Shown here: positions 20,743 through 30,316 of the stretch, one piece after another
Layout of the letters: every line of letters begins with the position of its first letter
Position numbering within the stretch: position 1 is the stretch's first letter
From: Candidatus Moraniibacteriota bacterium
Lineage (GTDB): Bacteria; Patescibacteriota; Minisyncoccia; Moranbacterales; UBA2206
Assembly (NCBI GenBank): GCA_030645735.1
Contig: JAUSNP010000003.1
Span: 27,608-91,607, forward strand
Direction: 5' to 3'
DNA length: 64,000 bases
Notes under the pieces: model-generated
The model's database searches: none
The model's input: the letters and a program-made list of their open reading frames with translations, nothing else
Told to the model about the DNA's origin: nothing
Made by a program: the position numbers and the translations under genes

Positions 20743-20885
20743 TTAAGCTTTCCTTACTAGCAAGCATTCCGACATTCGCAATTGATGTGCTTCTGCTTTC
20801 TCATGACATAAATATTGGCCCTCTTGGTGCAGCTTTACTATTTTTATTGTGTTTATCCATTACAATCAGAACCAAACTGAGATAA
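20739..20885 (+). CDS. 48-aa hydrophobic protein (not in the ORF track)
   Basis: SD ggaagggg; MIKLSLLASIPTFAIDVLLLSHDINIGPLGAALLFLLCLSITIRTKLR; terminator hairpin follows. Confidence 0.5.
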   Translation: MIKLSLLASIPTFAIDVLLLSHDINIGPLGAALLFLLCLSITIRTKLR

Positions 20886-20936
20886 TCCTATTGTCTCTTC
20901 TAAAAGAGCCCACTTTAACACAAGATGGCTCTTTTT

Positions 20937-21779
20937 TTATTTTCCATTTTTCAACAATTTTTTATTCTGCGGAACTTGCAAATAATTTTCTTTTTTAATA
21001 ACCATGCTACCAGATTCTAGTTCTAGATTTTTTCGAGCGTCGCCAGCAATTTTTCCACCCTTTTGGGCGGCCACTTTGTTTTCAGAAAATCCGACGGCAT
21101 TTTTGCTAACAGCGATTCTAGTCGTGGAAGCTTCACCTAACATAGAAAAGATCAACTCCAAGTCATCCATATGATCACGCAAGTTTTCTCTCTTCAATCC
21201 CTTGTGTTCTTTGTATTCGCTGGGTGTCATATCAAAAGTTGCCCTGGATATTTCGGCTGTCAAAATTGCAAACTCCCGATCTTCTTTGATGTCTCGATTT
21301 TTCCATTCATCCGTCAATTCTTCACGAATGGCAATACCTCGCATTCTTTTTTCAATCCATGCTTCTGAATATCCTTTTAGCTTATACAATTCCCTAGTCC
21401 GCTTAGTTGCCAACTCAGGATCTTCAATTTCCTTTATTCTGTCATAGCCAACTTTAGCCAACCACCTTTTCAGTGGTTCAGCCTTTGGCGAAGGAATCGA
21501 TTGAACTATACGAAGCATGGTTTCAGTGTTGGCACAATCAGTTTCTCTAAACTTGCCGTCAGTAGCTTCCATTTTCAACTGTCCGATTTTATCGGACACT
21601 TCAATATAACCCTCACTCACTAACTTTGTTTTAAGATCACTCCAATATTTCCTTGCTCTGTCCGTGCCCGTTAAAATTCCTACTACGTCAATAACCGAAA
21701 ACCACCATTCATCCTGATATACAGCTTTTCTAATTTCCATGCCTTGAAAAATAGCTAATCCTTTATTTGTTTTTTCCAT
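20937..21779 (-). CDS. Bro-N domain / phage antirepressor-like protein (paralog 2)
   Basis: WWFSVIDV, RIVQSIPSPKAEPLKRWLA, NLRDHM, GGKIAGDAR. Confidence 0.85.
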   Translation of the reverse strand: MEKTNKGLAIFQGMEIRKAVYQDEWWFSVIDVVGILTGTDRARKYWSDLKTKLVSEGYIEVSDKIGQLKMEATDGKFRETDCANTETMLRIVQSIPSPKAEPLKRWLAKVGYDRIKEIEDPELATKRTRELYKLKGYSEAWIEKRMRGIAIREELTDEWKNRDIKEDREFAILTAEISRATFDMTPSEYKEHKGLKRENLRDHMDDLELIFSMLGEASTTRIAVSKNAVGFSENKVAAQKGGKIAGDARKNLELESGSMVIKKENYLQVPQNKKLLKNGK

Positions 21780-21804
21780 GATTTTTATTTTTATTGTTGC
21801 TTAT

Positions 21805-21840
21805 AGTGATATAATAACACCTCTGGAGTTTTCTTGTCAA
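21805..21840 (-). promoter_or_regulatory. Sigma70-type promoter with palindromic operator over the -10 box
   Basis: TTGACA-N18-TATTAT; agtgatataataacacc. Confidence 0.65.
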
Positions 21841-21891
21841 TACATGAAAAAAACGAGGAGCAATCCTCGTTTCCATGAAGTTATATTCAAT

Positions 21892-22308
21892 TTATTTTCT
21901 ATCCTTATCAATTCCGAATCTCTCCTTATTTAATTCTTCGTAAAAACTTTTAATTCGAGCTCCTTTTAATGTCTTCTCGCCAATACATGAATCTTTTGGC
22001 ATTTCTACTTTTTCATTATTTTCAGACGAATTTTCTTGATCTGCTTTGGTTATAATATCTCGAATAACACAACGTAAAATATTCAAAGAGTGCTGACTAA
22101 TATCTCTTGGACAATCCTCCAAAATCAAGCCGACAAAATCATCACTAGCAAGATCTATTGTCCGCCCAGCTTCAACAACTTGCCTTCTCTTCTCCAACAC
22201 GCGATTAATAAAACCTCTGTAATCTACAAATTGATTAAATACATAGTCCTCTTTATCCACAACCTTTTCTTTACCATTGGTCACAACACTTGGATTTTCT
22301 ATGCTCAT
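21892..22308 (-). CDS. Hypothetical protein
   Basis: Open frame directly downstream of htpX; start MSIENP. Confidence 0.55.
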   Translation of the reverse strand: MSIENPSVVTNGKEKVVDKEDYVFNQFVDYRGFINRVLEKRRQVVEAGRTIDLASDDFVGLILEDCPRDISQHSLNILRCVIRDIITKADQENSSENNEKVEMPKDSCIGEKTLKGARIKSFYEELNKERFGIDKDRK

Positions 22309-22327
22309 AAATTTACCTGTAAATATT

Positions 22328-23221
22328 TTAAACTGACATATCACGCAATAATTTTACGCGCTCCTCAATTGGCGGATGAGTTTGAAAAAGTGAAGATATT
22401 TTTTTACCTTTGAAAGGATTGGCGATGTACAAATGAGCGGTGGCACGGTTGGCCGCTTCCAGCGGTTCTTGATCGGCCGAGATTTTTTCCAAGGCACTCG
22501 CCAAGCCTTCCGGATAACGAGTGAGCAAAGCGCCTGAAGCATCGGCCAAAAATTCTCGTTTGCGTGAAATAGCCATTTGCATAAACACGGCGGCAATGGG
22601 TGCCAAGATTGAAAGAATGACAGCCAGAATAATCAACACCATTTGCAATTGCCCACCACCTTCATTGTTATCCCGACTGCGACCTCCAAAAAATGCCCAA
22701 TGACGAAACCAGTCCGCCAGCAATGTTACAAATCCTACCAAAATCACCACGACTGTGGACAGTAAAATGTCGCGATTGCCAATGTGTGACAATTCGTGTG
22801 CAATCACACCTTCCAATTCTTTTTTTTCTAATTTTGCAATGATGCCCGTGGTCAAACAAATCACCCCGTGTTCTGGATCGCGCCCTGTGGCAAAAGCATT
22901 CGGTGCACTATCATCAATCGTGTATATTTTTGGCACCGGCAGTCCAGCGGTGATGCACAAATTTTCCACTATGTGATAAATTTCTCTACCATTGTCATGC
23001 GTCAATTCCTTGGCACCACTCATCGCCAACACAATCTTGTCACTCCACCAATAGGACACGAAGCTCATGCCCACAGAAAAGGCCACAGCAATATAAAGAA
23101 TCAAGCTGTTGCGCATTGCCCCCGCAAAGACATAGCCCACGCCCATTACGAAAATCAAAAAGCCTGTGATATAAACCCAGGTTAAGCGCGTGTTTTTGTC
23201 GGCTTGTGTATAAAGAGTCAT
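22328..23221 (-). CDS. htpX: Zinc metalloprotease HtpX
   Basis: PNAFATG, AHELSH, SRKREFLAD, THPPIEER. Confidence 0.95.
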   Translation of the reverse strand: MTLYTQADKNTRLTWVYITGFLIFVMGVGYVFAGAMRNSLILYIAVAFSVGMSFVSYWWSDKIVLAMSGAKELTHDNGREIYHIVENLCITAGLPVPKIYTIDDSAPNAFATGRDPEHGVICLTTGIIAKLEKKELEGVIAHELSHIGNRDILLSTVVVILVGFVTLLADWFRHWAFFGGRSRDNNEGGGQLQMVLIILAVILSILAPIAAVFMQMAISRKREFLADASGALLTRYPEGLASALEKISADQEPLEAANRATAHLYIANPFKGKKISSLFQTHPPIEERVKLLRDMSV

Positions 23222-23226
23222 AAGGA

Positions 23227-23687
23227 TGTTCTAATGATAAAATTGTTCTATTTGTTCTAGCTGTTAAGCGTTACTTGTTTTGTTTGTTAGGAATTTATCT
23301 AAAGCAATGAGCTTAAAATATAGCTCCTGAATTAACTTTTGAGATTTTTCATAGTCCTGCATCGTAATATATTTTTGACTAAGAGAAATCTCTAAACAAG
23401 TCATGGTTTCCATCAATGATCCGAGAGCAATTCTTATGAAAGAGGCAAAGTCCTTCTTAGTTCTTTTTATACTGCCTTCCGCGATATTAAGTGGCCCTGA
23501 AACTGCCGATCTTCTTATTTGAGAGACCAAAGAAAACTTTTCCTCACTTGGAAATTTTTTTGTAATTTCATAAATCATATCAACAAGTTGCATTCCAAGC
23601 TTCCAAACTTCTAGACGATAGAATCCATATTCAACTTTTTGCATAATTTTCAACTACAACAAGTAGATCAATTAGAACAACTAGAAC
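23227..23687. mobile_element. Four-helix-bundle gene bracketed by inverted 9-mer arrays, inserted between lemA and htpX
   Basis: Left ttgttcta-t-ttgttcta-g; right caactacaa caagtagat caattagaa caactagaa. Confidence 0.55.
23264..23644 (-). CDS. Four helix bundle protein (TIGR02436 / 23S rRNA IVP / bAvd-like)
   Basis: LEVWK...FPSEEKFSLVSQIRRSAVS..LNIAEG...FIRIALGSLME. Confidence 0.92.
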   Translation of the reverse strand: MQKVEYGFYRLEVWKLGMQLVDMIYEITKKFPSEEKFSLVSQIRRSAVSGPLNIAEGSIKRTKKDFASFIRIALGSLMETMTCLEISLSQKYITMQDYEKSQKLIQELYFKLIALDKFLTNKTSNA

Positions 23688-24229
23688 TTTACTTCTACAT
23701 TCTCCTTCTCACCTTCTTTGGCTTCGAAGAATTCTCGCTTGGCAAAGTTCAGCATGCCAGCGATGATGTTGTTGGGGAAAAGTTCGATTTTGATGTTGAA
23801 GTCTCGGACATTTCCATTGTAGAATCGGCGAGAAGCTTGAATTTTGTCTTCAGTGTCAGTCAATTCACGTTGCAGTTCCAAGAAATTTTGATTAGCTTTC
23901 AAATCCGGATAGGATTCAGACACCGCAAACAAACTTTTCAAAGCACCACTTAGCATATTTTCAGCACCAGCCTTTTCTTCAGTTGATCCAGCGTTCATTG
24001 CCATGGTTCGCGCTTGGGTCACTTTTTCAAACACATCTTTTTCATGTGCGGCATAGCCTTTCACCGTGTTGATCAAGTTGGGAATCAAATCATAGCGTCT
24101 TTTCAATTGCACATCAATGTCACTCCACGCTTCGTCCACTCGGTTCTTCAGGGTGATAAGTCCATTATAAATCCCAACTGCCCACAAAACTGCCAACACG
24201 ATAATACCTAGAAATATTAGTCCGAACAT
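23681..24229 (-). CDS. lemA: LemA family protein
   Basis: WSDIDVQLKRRYDLIPNL, ESYPDLKAN, RRFYN. Confidence 0.96.
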   Translation of the reverse strand: MFGLIFLGIIVLAVLWAVGIYNGLITLKNRVDEAWSDIDVQLKRRYDLIPNLINTVKGYAAHEKDVFEKVTQARTMAMNAGSTEEKAGAENMLSGALKSLFAVSESYPDLKANQNFLELQRELTDTEDKIQASRRFYNGNVRDFNIKIELFPNNIIAGMLNFAKREFFEAKEGEKENVEVKF

Positions 24230-24345
24230 ATATTTTTAACTTAAATAATTAACATCCTGATTCTAGCACTTTTTGCAGAAAAATAAAAGCGGTGCCAAGG
24301 GAAGTTTCCCCCAGCACCGTTTCGGACTACGATGTAATCCATGCC

Positions 24346-24567
24346 CTACCAATTGGCAAAACCACCGCTGCCAGGATCTCTTCTGTCCATACAACGTAGA
24401 TCATCACTCGCAGAAAGGCCATTCGACTGACCGCTTGGTCCAGCTGCAGGATCAGGTGGATATTGCACATCACCTACTGCACTATTCTTGACCAAATCCT
24501 CCCTGGTGTCACTTCCCCCAGCAACATTATCTAGTCCAGGTTGAACAAAATAAGTGCCCTTTTCCAT
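24346..24567 (-). CDS. Small acidic, low-complexity hypothetical protein downstream of the attenuator
   Basis: SD aaggag before MEKGTYF; followed by a GC hairpin and T-run at about 24280-24322. Confidence 0.45.
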   Translation of the reverse strand: MEKGTYFVQPGLDNVAGGSDTREDLVKNSAVGDVQYPPDPAAGPSGQSNGLSASDDLRCMDRRDPGSGGFANW

Positions 24568-24630
24568 GACTCTCTCCTTTGGCACAATGTGCCGGCTTGA
24601 TTTGAAAAACGAAAGAACTACTCACAAAAC

Positions 24631-24793
24631 AAAAAACGACCATCTTCCGAGGCCGTTTTCTTTTGATTTTTGACTATACTCTAAAAATCACAAAGAAACG
24701 ACCCCTGAATAAAGGCCATAAAATAAAACCAAAAATTTCTTTGTAACATATTTATCATATTCACAATATATACCCAAGTCGTTTTTTCGTCAA
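24631..24793 (-). promoter_or_regulatory. Putative ribosome-dependent attenuator with aromatic-rich leader peptide (24681-24758)
   Basis: TTGACG-N17-TATATT-N6-ATG; MINMLQRNFWFYFMAFIQGSFLCDF; mutually exclusive antiterminator and terminator (24631-24660). Confidence 0.65.
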
Positions 24794-24917
24794 TAGGTAT
24801 GCGAAAAGCGCACTACGAATGCGCACATGCGAATAAGTTCGTAGATTCGTGTTCGTTTCGTAGTTTCGAATCGGCTATGTTATAATCAAAATACAATAAC
24901 ATCTAAAAACAAATATT

Positions 24918-25370
24918 ATGAAAATGCTCACTCCCTATCTCGTTGTCTTGATTCCCTTGATTGTTTTGGCCTTGGTTCGAGTTTTGAAATTTGTCATTTT
25001 CTATTTCCGCCACAACCGCGATTTCAAATACACTCTCGAGCATGCCATGACCTATGGTCACATGCCCAGCGTTCATTCAGCCCTGATGGCTTCGATGGTG
25101 GTTTCAGTTGGTCACTATGAAGGCATTGGTTCTGGCGCTTTCGCCATTGCACTTATCATGGCTATCTTGACTATTGATGATGCCACTCGTCTACGAGTTT
25201 ACATGGGTGAGCACAGTCGCTACATCAACATGATCGTCGACAAAATCGGTGCCGATGAAACAGACTATCCCCGCCTCAAAGAAAGAATGGGTCACAAACC
25301 CGAAGAAGCACTAGTGGGTGGAATTCTTGGCCTAGCATTAACTATCCTACTTATAACATTTTTGAAATAA
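24918..25370 (+). CDS. Divergent PAP2 family protein (DUF212)
   Basis: YGHMPSVHSA, DATRLR, LKERMGHKPEE. Confidence 0.88.
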   Translation: MKMLTPYLVVLIPLIVLALVRVLKFVIFYFRHNRDFKYTLEHAMTYGHMPSVHSALMASMVVSVGHYEGIGSGAFAIALIMAILTIDDATRLRVYMGEHSRYINMIVDKIGADETDYPRLKERMGHKPEEALVGGILGLALTILLITFLK

Positions 25371-25836
25371 GTCTAAATTCTAAAGACTAAAAACTAAACC
25401 AAGACTAAGGAATTTAAGTATGAAGACTAATAATTTAGAAATTCGTACCGTAAAATTTAGTGGTGAAATTATCGTCCTTGTTAAGAAATTAAAAAGAGAC
25501 ATTATTAATATCCCATTGATAAGTCAAATTGTAAGATCAGCCACAAGTATTGGCGCAAATTATTGCGAATCACAGGGCTCCAGTTCTAAAAAAGATTTCA
25601 AGAACAAGCTTTATATTTGTAAAAAAGAATGCAAAGAAACAAAATATTGGCTAGAAATTATAGCGAAATCAAATCCTGAGCACGCAGAAGAATGTCGAGA
25701 ATTATGGAAAGAAGCTCAAGAATTAACTCTTATTTTTTCTAAGTCCATCCTGACTTTAGAAAACAAATCGTGATTGAAAATTTATACTTTATTACTTTAA
25801 ACTTCTTTTAGTCTTTGGTACTTAGTCCTTAGACTT
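25369..25836. mobile_element. Four-helix-bundle gene bracketed by inverted AAGWCTA heptamer arms
   Basis: aagtcta aattcta aagacta aaaacta aacc aagacta ... reverse arm aagtcta aggacta agtacca aagacta aaag aagttta. Confidence 0.6.
25420..25773 (+). CDS. Four helix bundle protein (TIGR02436-like)
   Basis: QIVRSATSIGANYCE..SKKDFKNK..ICKKECKETKYWL. Confidence 0.92.
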   Translation: MKTNNLEIRTVKFSGEIIVLVKKLKRDIINIPLISQIVRSATSIGANYCESQGSSSKKDFKNKLYICKKECKETKYWLEIIAKSNPEHAEECRELWKEAQELTLIFSKSILTLENKS

Positions 25837-27124
25837 TTATTTTAGCTAATTCTTCTTGAATAACCTTTTTATCATTCCACTCAATTCTCTGATCCCCAAC
25901 TGCCATTGTTTCCTCAGCGCCTTTGCCAGTGACAATTACAATATCATTCGCCTTTGCTAATGACAGCGCTTTGGCGATGGCTTCACGGCGATCAAAGATT
26001 TTCCAAAAGTTTTGTCCTTCGGTTTTGTTCTTCACACCACTAGCCACTTCGTTGATGATTTGTTGTGGGTCTTCATGATAGGGGTCTTCATTGGTGACGA
26101 TGACATAATCAGCAGAAGCCGAAACAATCTCACCCATCAAAGGGCGCTTGCCACGATCACGCTCACCACAGGAACCAAAAACCGCAATGATTCGGCTATC
26201 AGTTTTTTTCACTGAGGTCAGATATTGATAGAGCTTTTGCAAAGAGTCAGGCGTCACCGCATAATCAATCATCACGTTCAAATTTTTGTCGTTGGCAATT
26301 GATTCAAGTCGTCCGGCCACACCAGTGATTTTTGCCAAAGCATTTGCTGATTGTTCCAAGGAAATGTTTTGTGAAATTCCCACAGCCACCGCTGCCAGAG
26401 AATTTTCAATATTAAATTCCCCGGGAAGATTAATTTTAAATTCACAACCTGAAACCTGAAATGCAGAATTATAAATGTCCAACTTGATATTATTCGCAAA
26501 AATATTTTGAGATTTGAGATTTGAGATTTGAGATTTTTTTGTATCTTGTATCTTGTGATTTGTATCTTTCAAGCTGTATCCAAACTTAACTGCATTATTG
26601 TATTGTAAAAACTCCTCGGGTTTTTCCATATCCAAATTCACCACCGCCACATCTGCCATCCCAAATAATTTAGCTTTGGCCTGGCGATATTGCTCAATAG
26701 TCTTGTGATAGTCCAAATGTTCACGCGTCACATTGGTGATGACTGCCACAGCATAGTGAATCCCCCACACGCGACACTGGTCCAAAGAATGTGATGAAGT
26801 TTCCAAAATCAGATAATCACATTTAGCCTCCACCGCTTTTTTGATGAACTTCTGAGTGGCAAATGGAGAAAGGGTGGTGTACTTGGTCACATTCACCCAC
26901 TCCTCAGCGCCCAATTTGAAATTTATAGTTGAAGCCATGGCGACAGTGTGTCCTGCTTCTTCCAAAATTTTGGCAATCATCTGACAAGTGGTGGTTTTGC
27001 CGTTAGTTCCAGTCACCCCAATCACCTTGATATTTCTCGACGGAAAACCATACGCAAAATTCGCCACTACCGCTTGCGCCAAGTGGTAGATGTTTTTGAT
27101 GGATTGTGGGATCAGTTTTTTCAT
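25829..27124 (-). CDS. murE: UDP-MurNAc-tripeptide synthetase
   Basis: GVTGTNGKTTT, ETSSH, TNVTREHLDYH, GRLE, RDRGKRP, GKGAE. Confidence 0.92.
   Translation of the reverse strand: MKKLIPQSIKNIYHLAQAVVANFAYGFPSRNIKVIGVTGTNGKTTTCQMIAKILEEAGHTVAMASTINFKLGAEEWVNVTKYTTLSPFATQKFIKKAVEAKCDYLILETSSHSLDQCRVWGIHYAVAVITNVTREHLDYHKTIEQYRQAKAKLFGMADVAVVNLDMEKPEEFLQYNNAVKFGYSLKDTNHKIQDTKKSQISNLKSQNIFANNIKLDIYNSAFQVSGCEFKINLPGEFNIENSLAAVAVGISQNISLEQSANALAKITGVAGRLESIANDKNLNVMIDYAVTPDSLQKLYQYLTSVKKTDSRIIAVFGSCGERDRGKRPLMGEIVSASADYVIVTNEDPYHEDPQQIINEVASGVKNKTEGQNFWKIFDRREAIAKALSLAKANDIVIVTGKGAEETMAVGDQRIEWNDKKVIQEELAKIKV
26508..26567. repeat. 60-bp in-frame heptamer arm inside murE
   Basis: (tgagatt)4 tttt tgtatct tgtatct tgtgatt tgtatct; encodes DTNHKIQDTKKSQISNLKSQ. 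Confidence 0.85.
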
Positions 27125-27223
27125 ATATTCATTATACCTTGATTTTCTTATTTAAAAAAATACAGGCCGAGTTCATTTGAACTCGGCCCTTTTAATATGC
27201 GCTCTCCTTATTTCCAAAGAAAA

Positions 27224-28186
27224 TTATTTGGATTCTAACATCTTGCTGTCAAATAAAGGGATTGCTAACTGGATATTATTTCTATGCATCCAAGCTAGCC
27301 GTAGTTTTCTTGCAAGACCTGGCAAAGACCACGCCCGCAAAAGTTCACCTCCTGGACAGAAAGTGCGTTGACAGCAATGCCAGCAAGCCCTCTCTTGCAA
27401 ACTATAACCCATATCAATCCCCGAATGTATGCCATTGAAAACCAGTCCTTTAGGACATCCGCCAAATTCTGCTAACATCTTGTCTATTGGGACTCCGACC
27501 TCGCCGTTTTCAAGCTCAATAATTGGCAGATTCCAACCATTAACAATAATCCTTCCGCCGCCACAACCGCCAATCAAATCCGCGGCTCTCAGTTGCTGAC
27601 CCATGAGATCGTCATCATCTATAATTGGAAGTGCAGGAATCATGATGATATCTGGATCAAGCTGATCTTCGATGGCTATCTCAGAGACTTCACGCGTGCC
27701 TGAATCTTCATTTGGATATTCAGAAAAAATTCTGGCCACACCTTCTTCTGGTGGATTTTCCAAAAAAGACCTAAGCGTTTCTATGAAATACCTGAAGTCA
27801 TTGTCCTGAAAAAATCCCCCTGCTCCCTGCCAAGACCAACTGCTTTTAACCTCCTCTTTAGCTAAATTTATAAGCCCGTCAACTGCATCTAGAATCAAAA
27901 CTGCTTCTTGTCTATCCTGTTCAGACAATTGCCCGTCTCTGATTCTTGACCAAACTTCATTGAGTATGAACTGAATTTTCATTTTCCAATAGCTCGACAA
28001 CCTCTCAGTATACCCTTGCCTTCTTGAAATATCACGCTCCTCCTTTTCCATGATAGCCAGCATCTCCCTAATCTCAGAATCAAGCTCCGGCTTATACTGT
28101 CTGATCAATTCCCACATCCTTGAATAAAAATGCGGGAGGGATACCAAGATGCCACCAAACATAACTCCACAAATTTCCTGTGTCAT
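27224..28186 (-). CDS. Hypothetical protein (orphan cassette)
   Basis: 320-aa ORF, SD-like ggggg, downstream hairpin ggccgagttca-t-ttgaactcggcc. Confidence 0.7.
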   Translation of the reverse strand: MTQEICGVMFGGILVSLPHFYSRMWELIRQYKPELDSEIREMLAIMEKEERDISRRQGYTERLSSYWKMKIQFILNEVWSRIRDGQLSEQDRQEAVLILDAVDGLINLAKEEVKSSWSWQGAGGFFQDNDFRYFIETLRSFLENPPEEGVARIFSEYPNEDSGTREVSEIAIEDQLDPDIIMIPALPIIDDDDLMGQQLRAADLIGGCGGGRIIVNGWNLPIIELENGEVGVPIDKMLAEFGGCPKGLVFNGIHSGIDMGYSLQERACWHCCQRTFCPGGELLRAWSLPGLARKLRLAWMHRNNIQLAIPLFDSKMLESK

Positions 28187-28295
28187 CTCGCTACCCCCAA
28201 AAGTTTAAGTTTAATAGGATGATTATGTTAAAGGACTGATTAAATATTTAATCATTAAATAACATAAAATGCAAGTGTTCTGCTAAAGCTTATTT

Positions 28296-29318
28296 TTAAA
28301 AGAAACTTTTGATTTTCTGAATAATACGATAGGCCAAATATTTTCTTCGGCCAATTATAATGTCATAACAACCGGGGAACTTGATTGAAACAGTTACTGG
28401 AGAAAAACTTTGTTTGAATCTGGTGATGCCCGCCCAATTATTATCCGCTGTTCCTGTTTTCACTCCGCCGAAATCATACCCAATCGCCCCAAATTTTTTA
28501 GCATCTTGAATTTGCTTCCATTGCAACAGATAGGGCGCCATCACATTGCGAAAACGATCATCCGAGGCGCCATGCAAATAAGTTACTGTGTCATCAAAGA
28601 AAATCACAATATTAGCTGCAATTATTTCCCCGCCTCGCGTCGACGAGCGGTCGTCTCCGCAAGTCGAGGCGGGACCTTCAAATTCTGCATAATATAGTTT
28701 TATATTTTCTCCTGGAATTGCCTCAAACATTTTTTGATAATAATCGCGCGGATGCGGAGTGATGCTTTGACGAGCGGAAGTGATTTCCACTAAGTCGCAA
28801 AATTTGTCCACATATTTTTTTTCATTGGAAATTCCCACTCGCACACCTTTCTTTTCAGCTAGTCTGATGTTATAACGGGTTTTCGGTTTCATCTCAGCTA
28901 GCAATGTTTCTTCACTTTTGGTGATATCAATAATAAATAATTCTCTAGGTTGCATATCATGTGGCGCTTTCACGACAAACGCATCAACACTTTTCTTGGT
29001 CAAATCCAAAATTTCTTGTGACGCGGGTTCAATGCGAATCCAGCCAGCATGATGGTCTTCAGCCAAGCCAATTAGATTTTTAAAATAATTAGAAACATTC
29101 TTGTCTCTGATGTTAAAAATATTGCCCCGCGGGATATAAAAATATTTGCCGACGATTGGCAATTTGTGCTCGATGATGTTGGACCAGAATCGTTCGCCCT
29201 TGATGTTCAAAGTTTTTTTGCCAGCCAATTCTTGAAATTCTCGCCACCAGTCCGACTGTAAAAATCCTTCCCCAGGGGCTTGTTGCATCAGGTCATTAAT
29301 TTTCAAATTATCTCGCAT
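28296..29318 (-). CDS. FemAB/FemX family peptidoglycan aminoacyltransferase
   Basis: FLQSDWW, YIPRG, KTRYNIRLAEKKGV, YLHGAS, YDFGGV, GITRFKQSF. Confidence 0.9.
   Translation of the reverse strand: MRDNLKINDLMQQAPGEGFLQSDWWREFQELAGKKTLNIKGERFWSNIIEHKLPIVGKYFYIPRGNIFNIRDKNVSNYFKNLIGLAEDHHAGWIRIEPASQEILDLTKKSVDAFVVKAPHDMQPRELFIIDITKSEETLLAEMKPKTRYNIRLAEKKGVRVGISNEKKYVDKFCDLVEITSARQSITPHPRDYYQKMFEAIPGENIKLYYAEFEGPASTCGDDRSSTRGGEIIAANIVIFFDDTVTYLHGASDDRFRNVMAPYLLQWKQIQDAKKFGAIGYDFGGVKTGTADNNWAGITRFKQSFSPVTVSIKFPGCYDIIIGRRKYLAYRIIQKIKSFF
28629..28673. repeat. 45-bp palindromic element in frame in the FemX gene (copy 1)
   Basis: cccgcctcgcgtcgacgagcggtcgtctccgcaagtcgaggcggg; 42/45 identical to 36276-36320. 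Confidence 0.92.
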
Positions 29319-29321
29319 AAT

Positions 29322-29894
29322 TTATTTCTTGCCTAAACTCCGTAAAGCCAAACCAATGCGTTGCCCAATATCAGTCACATCCTTGGCCACCAGCTTCAAA
29401 GCATCGCGCGCCTCGGTCACAGAATAGCCCATAGAAACCAAAGCTTCAATCGCATCAGAATCTGAGACAGCATCCTCCTTTTCGCTCTCTGGCATGTCCG
29501 CCACCTTGTTTCTGAGCTCCAAAATGACCCGCTCAGCGGTTTTCTTACCTACCCCTGAGACTTTGGTCAGAATCGATGAATCCTCGTTCAGAATGGCCGT
29601 TTTGATAGTTTGCGGGGTTGCAATCGACAAAATCCCCAAACCAGCTTTAGGGCCGATGCCTGAGATGGAAATCAAGAGCTCAAACATGTCCAATTCTTCC
29701 AGTGTCAGAAAGCCATACAAATCCAAGGCATCTTCACGCACCGAAGTGTGAATGAAAAAATCCACCCTTTCCACGCCCGCAATTTTGCCCAACGCATAAG
29801 TTGTGAGATGCACTTTGTAGCCCACGCCAGCCACATCCACCACGACAAACTTGTCCTTGCGATATTCAATTGTGCCCTTTATCTTCGCAATCAT
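29322..29894 (-). CDS. ruvA: Holliday junction branch migration protein RuvA
   Basis: VAGVGY, VREDALDLYGF, SGIGPK, GVGKKTAER, ALVSMGY. Confidence 0.97.
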   Translation of the reverse strand: MIAKIKGTIEYRKDKFVVVDVAGVGYKVHLTTYALGKIAGVERVDFFIHTSVREDALDLYGFLTLEELDMFELLISISGIGPKAGLGILSIATPQTIKTAILNEDSSILTKVSGVGKKTAERVILELRNKVADMPESEKEDAVSDSDAIEALVSMGYSVTEARDALKLVAKDVTDIGQRIGLALRSLGKK

Positions 29895-29999
29895 CCTGTG
29901 TGATTTGCCTATTTATTAACTACTAGAATTCTAGCTTTTTTTCACCAAAAAGAAAAGCGCTGTTGCCAGCGCTTTCCCCCTATTCATATTCCACTCGGG

Positions 30000-30119
30000 C
30001 TAGCTTAGGATTTTTGCAAAAGCTAGCGTTACTACCAAGATGCCATAGCTGGCTAATCCAACAGCAACCATTACAACAGTTGCCATCGAAAGATGAAACA
30101 ACATTTCTAATTTATCCAT
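30000..30119 (-). CDS. Putative 39-aa single-TM peptide (not in the ORF track)
   Basis: MDKLEMLFHLSMATVVMVAVGLASYGILVVTLAFAKILS, followed by hairpin aaagcgctggcaacagcgctttt. Confidence 0.4.
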   Translation of the reverse strand: MDKLEMLFHLSMATVVMVAVGLASYGILVVTLAFAKILS

Positions 30120-30316
30120 ATGATTTAAAATTAAATAAATTACGATAATTTTATCCATTTACCCTTAAATACAGTGAATATAATGGATATGTGAACTTAG
30201 CACCCAGCCAATTTTTTGTCAAATAAATTTAGCGCTTTTTGCCCCAGCTCTTGCCTAAACCAAAATACTATGCTAAAAATAGTAGGTAACTAAAAAGAGA
30301 TAAATTTCAAAAAACT

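Noticed and set aside
23264-25773. Diversity-generating retroelement suggested by Avd-like four-helix-bundle genes
   Set aside because: No reverse transcriptase and no template/variable repeat pair with A-specific mismatches seen in the window
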